DNA from: Pseudoalteromonas translucida KMM 520
GTDB taxonomy: Bacteria > Pseudomonadota > Gammaproteobacteria > Enterobacterales > Alteromonadaceae
Reading direction: 5' to 3'
DNA length: 32,000 bases
Assembly: GCF_001465295.1 (NCBI RefSeq)
Contig: NZ_CP011034.1
Span: forward strand, 330,001-362,000
Of the stretch, positions 18,701-25,282 are shown piece after piece; the first letter of the stretch is position 1, and each line of letters opens with the position of its first letter. The notes below the pieces were generated by a model. It ran no database searches. It worked only from the letters and a program-made list of their open reading frames with translations, and was not told the DNA's origin. The translations under genes and the position numbers were made by a program.

Positions 18701-18812
18701 CGTATTTGACGATAAAGGCGCATTTTATCCAAGTGGCCGTGGTAATTACTACAGTGGTTACGGCGGTGGTGCAGGGCGTTATATTTATTTAGGTGCGCAA
18801 TACAGCTTTTAA
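15792..18812 (+). CDS. TonB-dependent outer-membrane receptor (1006 aa), substrate unknown
   Basis: GTG start with AAGGGA RBS (15781-15786). The signal peptide ends GQAFA. A TonB-box/plug region is present (EKITVTGSRLKRD, plug motifs RVEIISGGASATYGADAVAGVVNIIT). A long beta-barrel ends in the terminal aromatic motif YLGAQYSF. Confidence 0.95.
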   Translation: MSNIATKKCTLALAITACLSGQAFANDAEIERQSIAKKTDVVIQEEPEKITVTGSRLKRDSFSVTTPLVTMDRSAIQDTGLGNLSDVLVDNMPALSQSIGNTTSQSSISGTGLSTVQLRSLGANRTLTLIDGRRVVSNSYGGNYVSLNTIPSGMVERVEIISGGASATYGADAVAGVVNIITQSKKEGFEFQARGGETTSGGGKEFTLDVNYGTSFGNDRGYVYVSTNWDRDFGMSFYDRDRAQVEAAHRYNDDLMCNQMLTADGYQCMSGITQADWKSKSDGTLGGVFLESSRNDTQFWYDGQTLRDDWKGNEEIYGINSQQYVMLDVPSDNLSTAVKIDFDITDDITSYFQLQYSKSGSFNSKSPEDEYENASVPRYDPVTGDPIADIAPGYIPIDNPYVPQEIIDSNPYKDRIYWDRRFGEVGNISTDNDRTTVRTWAGLQGTMFNGDWDWDVSAGYGQFKQHQIRSNELNTVRVNQALQAERLPDGTIQCKDADARAEGCVALNLFGEGSITPAMADWIRTNPVIDTKIQQYTVMGYITGDLFEMPAGSVSAVFGGEYRKDSQSLDTSDDMKAGGITFNVVPSFQGEVEVYEAFAELAIPLLKDAPLAKSLSAETSLRLANYSMENISTVASYKLGLLWQPIEGYMVRANYARAQRAPTITELMSPPRGDFDSYDDICDGLTATSTKPGHANCRLEPTLAQKLADDPNFEFESEDNNYSPNTGNPNLKEETADTYTFGVTLSPEYFGGFNLAIDYYDIAIVDAIDEISNENIMRECYASDAAWGDSNEYCNDITRNEEGNIIKVLQREYNLDELTARGYDVVATYKFDIGSYGSIKLKADYNHVIENSQTYEGLDGNAVTTQYAGYGSTKDKAAMSIIWSMDELRVRWRTNYLGSFKASQEDENDYIEYTAANDERCAAGETSCVVNPESLAYQDYGSYLKHSLSASYTMALTPKSDLRVFGGVNNVFDDKGAFYPSGRGNYYSGYGGGAGRYIYLGAQYSF

Positions 18813-18886
18813 ATTAACTTGAGTTCAGGTAATGGTTTTTAGGTAAGTAATTTTAAAATAAGTAGTTAACTTAAATAAAGTTACCA

Positions 18887-18920
18887 AGGCATGCCCATAA
18901 TGGGCATGCCTTTTTATTTT
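18887..18920 (+). terminator. Strong intrinsic terminator after the TonB-dependent receptor
   Basis: AGGCATGCCCA / loop TAA / TGGGCATGCCT, followed by TTTTTATTTTT. Confidence 0.88.
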
Positions 18921-19037
18921 TAGGGTAGGATTAATTAATAAGGAGCTTTATTTTTTATAACATGTGTTTTGTAGCTGTAAATACGTTTAGTATAGAAAAA
19001 CAAACCGTATCCCTCTTTTAGTATGTTGGAGAACACG

Positions 19038-19514
19038 ATGAAGTATTTAAAAGTCAGCTTTTTACTCGCGGGTATGCTTACCTTAACAGCGTGCTCAGAT
19101 GATGTTGCCTCTGTAAGCCTTGGACTATTTACCACCAAGGATGTAATTGTAAATTCGCAACAAGACCCTTTAGTTACAGGGGTAACGTGCCATATTAGCC
19201 ATATTGAAGCTAATTTAGATTTTTCAGACCCTTCTGATATGTCAATTTCGTGTCGGCAAACTGGGGTTATTACCGCAGAGCAATTGCAGCAGATTGATCG
19301 GAGTAAATCTGGGGAAGTGGTATTTAAATCATCTAAAAGTATTTTATTTAAATCATTAAAAGTGCGTCGTATTTACGATGCTAAAGCACATACCTTATTG
19401 TATTTGTCGTACTCGACTAAAGAGTCTACGGGGAGTCATCATCATGCGTTATCTACTGTACCATTATACAATACACAAGCATGGCAATGGGCGCTTGGGC
19501 AAGAGCGAGAGTAA
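19038..19514 (+). CDS. creA: CreA-family protein (predicted lipoprotein)
   Basis: GGAG (19028-19031) lies 6 nt before ATG 19038. The lipobox is LTLTAC. SILFKSLKVRRIYDAKAHTLLYLSYS parallels E. coli CreA [26 protein letters not shown] (from memory). Confidence 0.85.
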   Translation: MKYLKVSFLLAGMLTLTACSDDVASVSLGLFTTKDVIVNSQQDPLVTGVTCHISHIEANLDFSDPSDMSISCRQTGVITAEQLQQIDRSKSGEVVFKSSKSILFKSLKVRRIYDAKAHTLLYLSYSTKESTGSHHHALSTVPLYNTQAWQWALGQERE

Positions 19515-19517
19515 GCT

Positions 19518-20291
19518 ATGTTAGCGTTATTTAAGTCTAAACCATTACTGGCTGAGCAAGAGCAGCAATGGTTAATTGATACCTTTATATGGGCGGTTGA
19601 AAACTTTGATGTTGAGTTTTTTACTCAGCATACGCAAATCACTTTGCCCACGGTTGAGTTCTTTCCCGACTCGGTATCAAGTGTTGAAGAAATGGCCAGT
19701 AATGTGTTTAACCGTGTAAGCCGTTATGCGGGTATGGCAGCGTGGCCTATTCAACTAGTTGCACCGCAGCAGCTCACTCCACAGGTTTTTCCACAGTTTA
19801 AATTTAGCCAACAACTACGCGGTGAAGGCGCTAAATTAATTGTACCGCCTAGCCAGGCTATTAATATTTCGTTTAATCCAAACCAAGTAAACCAGCCACA
19901 AGACTTAGTTGCCAGTTTTGCTGGAACATTGGCGACTATTTTAATTCATCATGTGGGCGTATTACCACCGGGCGGAAAAGACTACTTAGCACAAGCTGCT
20001 GATGCACTGGCATGCTTTTTAGGCTTTGGGGTAATGATGAGCAACACGGTATATCAGTTTAAGGGCGGCTGTGGCTCGTGCTATAACCCTTATGCAAATC
20101 GGGAGGCGTCGTTGAGCGAAACCCACACGGTATTTATGCATGCGTTAGTGAGTTACTTTAAAAATGATAAACGCTCTAAGCAGCATTTAAAGCCGCATTT
20201 GCGCGGCCAATTTAAAAAAGCGCAAAAAGAAATTAAAGCATTAGTAAATAACTCAGCTAATCCGCTGTTATTAGCGTATATGCCAAACTAA
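19518..20291 (+). CDS. Conserved-looking hypothetical protein, 257 aa
   Basis: The ORF starts 3 nt after the creA stop. I recognise no family. It contains a GGCGSCYNP (CxxC) motif and a basic C-terminal tail. Confidence 0.7.
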   Translation: MLALFKSKPLLAEQEQQWLIDTFIWAVENFDVEFFTQHTQITLPTVEFFPDSVSSVEEMASNVFNRVSRYAGMAAWPIQLVAPQQLTPQVFPQFKFSQQLRGEGAKLIVPPSQAINISFNPNQVNQPQDLVASFAGTLATILIHHVGVLPPGGKDYLAQAADALACFLGFGVMMSNTVYQFKGGCGSCYNPYANREASLSETHTVFMHALVSYFKNDKRSKQHLKPHLRGQFKKAQKEIKALVNNSANPLLLAYMPN

Positions 20292-20304
20292 GCAGAGATA
20301 TTGT

Positions 20305-20931
20305 GTGAATTACTTAGACGAATTTTTACTGATTGCCGTAGCGCACTTTTTTGCAGTAGCAAGCCCTGGGCCCGATTTTTCAGTGGTATTAAAGCAAAGT
20401 GTACAGCAAGGTAGGCGCAATGCACTTTGGACTAGTGCAGGTGTTGGTGCGGCTATTTTATTACACGTAGCTTATTGTGTGTTAGGTGTGGCACTTATTT
20501 TAACGCAGTCGCCCAAGGTGTTTATGGGGCTTAAATATTTGGCCGGTGCCTATTTAGCTTATTTGGGAGTGCAAGCACTGCGAGCAGCCAAACCGGGGGC
20601 AAATCTAACTGATGATATTGCCAACAAAACGGTGCCAGCCGAGCCTGTTTGGTTTGCCTTTCGGCGCGGTTTTTTAACCAATGCATTAAACCCCAAAGCC
20701 ACCTTGTTTTTTATGTCATTATTTACTCTAGTCATAAGCCCAACCACCCCTACAATAGTGCAAGTAGGTTATGGCGTTTATATGGCGCTGGCTACCTGGG
20801 CGTGGTTTTCAATGTTATCAATAGTGCTTTGTAAAACCAAGGTACGTAGTTTTTTCCAGCGCAGTGGTTATTGGTTTGACCGTTGCATTGGCGTTATTTT
20901 AATAGCTTTGGCTATTCGTGTTGTAATTTAA
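20305..20931 (+). CDS. LysE/RhtB-family amino-acid exporter
   Basis: 208 aa with a GTG start. The N-terminal motif is AVASPGPDF and an internal LNPKA motif is present. About 6 TM helices are predicted by eye. Confidence 0.88.
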   Translation: MNYLDEFLLIAVAHFFAVASPGPDFSVVLKQSVQQGRRNALWTSAGVGAAILLHVAYCVLGVALILTQSPKVFMGLKYLAGAYLAYLGVQALRAAKPGANLTDDIANKTVPAEPVWFAFRRGFLTNALNPKATLFFMSLFTLVISPTTPTIVQVGYGVYMALATWAWFSMLSIVLCKTKVRSFFQRSGYWFDRCIGVILIALAIRVVI

Positions 20932-20965
20932 AACTAAGTTACATTATTTAATTTTAGGAGTAGGT

Positions 20966-21460
20966 ATGTCGCTTTATAATTTTTCGTTTGGTTCTAACAT
21001 GTCGTCTCATCGCTTGCTGGCGCGCCTACCTAATGCTAAGCGTATTGGTACTGCAGTATTACAAGGCTATGAGCTAACCTTTGATATGTATTTTAAAGAT
21101 GGCTCAGGTAAATGCAGTATCAGCCCAAGTGATGCAGAAGATGCGTTAGTTTATGGAGTTGTTTATCAGATAAGTGACGCCGAAAAAGTCATTTTAGATG
21201 GTATAGAAGGTGCAGGTTACGACTGCGTAAATATAACCGTAAAGCTTTTAAGCGGCGAAGACGTTAACGCTCATTGCTATATTGCCAATACCCACGATAG
21301 TGAAGCGCTACCCTACGACTGGTACATTAAACACGTTCATCGCGGCGCACTTGAAGCCGGCGTTCCAAAAGCATACAGTGATGCAATATTAAACCGCGCG
21401 CAAAAAAGCGACAGCAACCTAGAACGTGCTGAAATTGAATTTGCAGTACATCAAAAATAA
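20966..21460 (+). CDS. Gamma-glutamylcyclotransferase (AIG2/GGACT-like) family protein
   Basis: 164 aa with an AGGAG RBS. The N-terminus YNFSFGSNMSSHRL corresponds to the Y-x-x-Y-G-S-N motif of GGCT-fold enzymes. Confidence 0.8.
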   Translation: MSLYNFSFGSNMSSHRLLARLPNAKRIGTAVLQGYELTFDMYFKDGSGKCSISPSDAEDALVYGVVYQISDAEKVILDGIEGAGYDCVNITVKLLSGEDVNAHCYIANTHDSEALPYDWYIKHVHRGALEAGVPKAYSDAILNRAQKSDSNLERAEIEFAVHQK

Positions 21461-21481
21461 TCATAATAAAAAAGGATAACA

Positions 21482-23023
21482 ATGAAGTTAATTAAGTTTG
21501 CCACAATTGCTTTATTAGCAGGGGCTACGTTTAGTACCTGGGCACAAGTAGATACCAATAAAATAGAGCAGGTAATTAAAACCTCCATGGCACGTTTTGA
21601 TGTGCCAGGAATGGCAGTTGCTATTGTTGAAAACGACAAAGTGATATTTGCTAAAGGTTTTGGTGTAACCCATATAAACACCGGTAATAAGGTTAATAAA
21701 GACACCTTGTTTGGCATTGCATCTAACACCAAAGCATTTACCAGTGCGGCGCTGGCTAAGTTGGTTGATGAAGGTAAGTTGAGCTGGGACGATAAAGTAA
21801 TTGATCACCTGCCAGAATTTCAACTATATGACGCATACGTAACCCGCGAAATGCGTATTCGCGACCTGCTAAGCCATCGCAGTGGGCTGGGGCTTGGTCA
21901 AGGCGACTTAATGATTTGGCCAAGTACCGATAAGTCGGTTGATGATATTTTAGCAGGCTTAAAATACTTAAAGCCAGCCAGCAGCTTTCGTAGCCAATAT
22001 GCGTATAACAACTTAATGTTTGTTACTGCAGGGGAAGTGGTAGCACGCGTATCTGGGATGAGTTGGAACGATTACATCGAAAAAAATATGTTACAGCCGC
22101 TAAATATGACTCACTCGCGAGCGGGATTCTCGCGCATTCCAAGTAGCAATAAAAACTGGGCAACGGGGCATATTCCGATGGATAACCAACTCCATCCATT
22201 TTTTGTTAACTACCTAGAGGATTTTAGAGGCGCTGGGGCAATAGCCTCAAGTGCCAGCGATATGAGTCAATGGCTACGTACGCAACTTGCTGGTGGCACA
22301 ATGCCAAATGGCGAGCAGTTATTTAGCGAAAAACAACAAGCGCAAATGTGGCATCCACATATAACGGCTATGGCGTCTAAAAGCGCGTTTGAGGCGTATC
22401 ATCAGCAATTTAGAGGTTACGGGCTAGGCTGGAGTATTGAAGATTACCACGGCTTTAAAAAGCTTGGTCACGGTGGCGGTATTTTAGGCATGGTGTCGCA
22501 GGTTACATTACTACCTGAAAAAAAACTCGGTATTGTTATTTTAAGTAACCAGCAAGCATTTGGTGCGCTAGCGGCAGTAACCCACGAAGTGCTTGAAGAT
22601 GCGCTTGAGCTTGAAGATAAAGATTGGGTTGAAGACTTAGCAAAAAAGCATTTTGAAAGTAAAGAGAAAGCATACGCTAATGCAAAGCCTGCAGCGCCAG
22701 CTGATTATCAACCGCAACTACCTAATATTAATTACACAGGTACGCTACACGATAATTGGTACGGCGATGTAATTATTGAGCAGCTTGATGGAAAATTACA
22801 TATTGATTTTACGCATACCAAGGGCTTAAAAGGCTCACTTGAGCATTACACAGGCAATACTTTTATTGTTAAGTGGGATGAAAAACTACTTGAGGCTGAT
22901 GCGTTTATTAACTTTAATATGAATACCGAAAACAGAGTGAGCAGCGCTAAAATGCGTGCAGTATCAACGCAAATAACCGACTTTAGTTTTGACTTTAGAA
23001 ATTTAAAATTAACAGCAAAATAA
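21482..23023 (+). CDS. Secreted serine hydrolase of the class-C beta-lactamase / DD-peptidase / D-aminopeptidase family
   Basis: 513 aa. The signal peptide ends TWAQ. Active-site motifs are present: S-x-x-K (ASNTKAF), Y-x-N (YAYNNL) and HGG in place of KTG (LGHGGGILG). An extra C-terminal beta-rich domain follows. Confidence 0.88.
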   Translation: MKLIKFATIALLAGATFSTWAQVDTNKIEQVIKTSMARFDVPGMAVAIVENDKVIFAKGFGVTHINTGNKVNKDTLFGIASNTKAFTSAALAKLVDEGKLSWDDKVIDHLPEFQLYDAYVTREMRIRDLLSHRSGLGLGQGDLMIWPSTDKSVDDILAGLKYLKPASSFRSQYAYNNLMFVTAGEVVARVSGMSWNDYIEKNMLQPLNMTHSRAGFSRIPSSNKNWATGHIPMDNQLHPFFVNYLEDFRGAGAIASSASDMSQWLRTQLAGGTMPNGEQLFSEKQQAQMWHPHITAMASKSAFEAYHQQFRGYGLGWSIEDYHGFKKLGHGGGILGMVSQVTLLPEKKLGIVILSNQQAFGALAAVTHEVLEDALELEDKDWVEDLAKKHFESKEKAYANAKPAAPADYQPQLPNINYTGTLHDNWYGDVIIEQLDGKLHIDFTHTKGLKGSLEHYTGNTFIVKWDEKLLEADAFINFNMNTENRVSSAKMRAVSTQITDFSFDFRNLKLTAK

Positions 23024-23081
23024 CTGTTTTTGCTATCCCTAATTTGCTATATCTAGTGTAAAGGGTATACACCAAAGTCGC

Positions 23082-23112
23082 AAAGCCACCTATGGGTGGC
23101 TTTGTTATATTA
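23082..23112 (+). terminator. Intrinsic terminator closing the creA-to-hydrolase gene run
   Basis: AAAGCCACC (23082-23090) pairs with GGTGGCTTT (23095-23103) across the loop TATG, followed by the T-rich GTTATATTAT. Confidence 0.6.
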
Positions 23113-23139
23113 TGTTTAATGATACAGTTAGGAGCTTTT

Positions 23140-24060
23140 ATGCGTACCGCAATTATTTCTCATCCTCATTGTCGTAAACATAAAATGATTGATGACCACC
23201 CAGAGTGCCCAGAGCGCTTAGATGCCATTAACGATCGCTTACTAGCAAGTGGGTTAGATATTGCTATTGAGCAAAAACAAGCGCCCAAAGCGCAACGAGA
23301 GCATTACTTACTTGCGCATGACGAATCATTAGTTAGCTTTGTTGAAAGTAAAATACCTACCCAAGGGCTTGTCGATTTAGACGGTGATACTTGGTTATGT
23401 CCCGATTCATTAAAAGCAATTGAGCGTGCAGTAGGAGCAGGTATTTTAGCGGTAGATGAAATACTAGAGGGCAACCTTGATGCTGCATTTTGCTCAGTGC
23501 GCCCGCCAGGGCATCATGCAAATCGCACTACCTCAGCCGGTTTTTGTGTATTTAACAACCTTGCTATTGCGGTTAAGTATGCACAAAGCAAAGGGGTTAA
23601 GCGCATTGCTATTGTTGATTTTGACGTACATCATGGCAATGGCACTCAAGATATATTTATAGATGATAAAAACGTCTTGTTTTGCTCTTTATTTCAGCAT
23701 CCATTTTACCCCAATACAGTGGTTGAAAATAACACCACGTTAGTTAATTCACCTTTGCCAATTGCCAGCGACGGTAACGATTTAAAAGCGGTATTTGAGC
23801 AGCAGTGGCTGCCTAAACTAAATGCTTTTAAGCCTGATATGTTATTTATTAGCGCAGGATTTGATGCCCACCTTGAAGATGATATGGCCAGTTTAAAGTT
23901 TGTAGAAGAAGATTACCGCTGGCTAACCGAGCAATTAGCCCGCTTTAGCGAGCAGCATAATTGCCGCGGTATAGTGTCGTATTTAGAAGGGGGGTATGCG
24001 CTTTCTGCATTGGGTCGCAGTGCAATTGCACATGTTAAAGCGTTAGTCGATTATGAGTAA
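23140..24060 (+). CDS. Histone-deacetylase-family (acetylpolyamine/acetyl-lysine) amidohydrolase
   Basis: AGGAG (23130-23134) lies 5 nt before ATG 23140. Catalytic motifs are present: RPPGHHA, DFDVHHGNGTQ, SAGFDAH, EGGY. The ORF-track ATG at 23092 lies in the loop of the upstream terminator. Confidence 0.92.
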   Translation: MRTAIISHPHCRKHKMIDDHPECPERLDAINDRLLASGLDIAIEQKQAPKAQREHYLLAHDESLVSFVESKIPTQGLVDLDGDTWLCPDSLKAIERAVGAGILAVDEILEGNLDAAFCSVRPPGHHANRTTSAGFCVFNNLAIAVKYAQSKGVKRIAIVDFDVHHGNGTQDIFIDDKNVLFCSLFQHPFYPNTVVENNTTLVNSPLPIASDGNDLKAVFEQQWLPKLNAFKPDMLFISAGFDAHLEDDMASLKFVEEDYRWLTEQLARFSEQHNCRGIVSYLEGGYALSALGRSAIAHVKALVDYE

Positions 24061-24333
24061 CGCAAATGCTTGCTCAGGTGTTAGCTGCTTAATTTTACTT
24101 AGGCAACACTGACCTTCTTTTAGCAAATAATCCTTCACTAAATTCGCTAATTCAATGGCACTAATAGCTGTTTTTGGCTCGCCACTTAATGTTGTATAAC
24201 TATACTTACTATCTAAAATAATAACTCTGCTTTTATGCAGCTCATCCATCGCATATATAAAATCATCTACTTCATCAGGCTGCTCAGCTAACTCAATTTC
24301 ATTGTTATAAATAATAATTTTTGGATACGACAT
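24043..24333 (-). CDS. Hypothetical small acidic protein, 96 aa
   Basis: It is the only long ORF in this gap, on the same strand as and 117 nt downstream of the DUF2797-like gene. I recognise no family. Its 3' end overlaps the convergent HDAC-like gene by 18 nt. Confidence 0.55.
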   Translation of the reverse strand: MSYPKIIIYNNEIELAEQPDEVDDFIYAMDELHKSRVIILDSKYSYTTLSGEPKTAISAIELANLVKDYLLKEGQCCLSKIKQLTPEQAFALLIID

Positions 24334-24450
24334 GCTTATTTATTGTCCTACATCAAGGGGAGATATTTGCTTTAAAAACCCTGTGAGCAATATGTTTTTT
24401 AGTTACAGCTGTTAGTTAAAACAGCTGCTGTATGATGTTTTTATCAAAAA

Positions 24451-25260
24451 CTAGCCTACAGTTACTTCGTAAGAGGTGAATTTTCGAATGTTAATAACGC
24501 CTTTTTCAAAAATTAAATACTGACCTTTAATACCTTGTAAAACACCACTTACTACTGGGTCTTTATCAAAGTTAAACGAGCTGATTTTGGTTGGGTATTC
24601 GCTTACCGGAAAGTTTAAATCAACTACGTCTTCATCTAGCTGTTCAATAGCTGTTGCGCCAAATAGCTCGCTTAGCTCATTTAGCTTTGCGCTAATTTGT
24701 GGAATAAGCTCAGCGGCTGCAGCCTTTAAATCTAGCGCTTCGTTTTGGCCTTTTAGCATATTGCGCCAATTAGTTTTATCAGCAATAAATTCAGCCAATG
24801 CCACTTCTACTAAGCCCGATTGCAATCGTGTTTGCACTTTAAAAATAGGCAGTGCTTGGGTAGCGCCTTGATCAACCCAACGTGTTGGTATTTGCGTGTG
24901 GCGAGTAATACCCACTTTTAGTCCTGAGGTATTAGCGAGGTAGACGTAATGCGGAATCATGCAATTTTCTTCTCCCCATTCTGGCTCGCGGCAAGTACCT
25001 TGATCGTAATGGCAGGTTTCTGGCTTCATAATACACATATCGCAACTAGCAAGTTTGCGCATGCATACAAAGCAATGGCCTTGAGAATAGCTTTTTTTGG
25101 TTTTTTTACCGCAGCTAGAGCATAAAATTGTGCCGCTAAAAGTAAGCGTTAGCTCTTTGCCTATAAATGCATTTAAGTCGACTAAGTGTTCACCCACAGG
25201 TAAGTGATATTGTACCGGCTCGGTTAAGCTCGATTTTAATTTACGCAATGTGCCTTGCAT
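24451..25260 (-). CDS. DUF2797-like protein: Cys-rich zinc-ribbon region followed by a possible GIY-YIG/T5orf172-like fold
   Basis: 269 aa. It has three CxxC pairs plus further Cys residues (CSSC, CFVC, CDMC, C83, C90, C100). HYVYLANTSGLKVGITRHTQIPTRW follows. The overall layout matches my recollection of the DUF2797 family. Confidence 0.75.
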   Translation of the reverse strand: MQGTLRKLKSSLTEPVQYHLPVGEHLVDLNAFIGKELTLTFSGTILCSSCGKKTKKSYSQGHCFVCMRKLASCDMCIMKPETCHYDQGTCREPEWGEENCMIPHYVYLANTSGLKVGITRHTQIPTRWVDQGATQALPIFKVQTRLQSGLVEVALAEFIADKTNWRNMLKGQNEALDLKAAAAELIPQISAKLNELSELFGATAIEQLDEDVVDLNFPVSEYPTKISSFNFDKDPVVSGVLQGIKGQYLIFEKGVINIRKFTSYEVTVG

Positions 25261-25282
25261 CTTTACTTGGCCCCTAAAGATG

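Noticed and set aside
23092-23139. Upstream ATG start (MGGFVILCLMIQLGAF...) for the HDAC-like gene
   Set aside because: The ATG at 23092 lies in the loop of the terminator hairpin 23082-23103. ATG 23140 has an AGGAG RBS and gives the conserved MRTAIISHP N-terminus.
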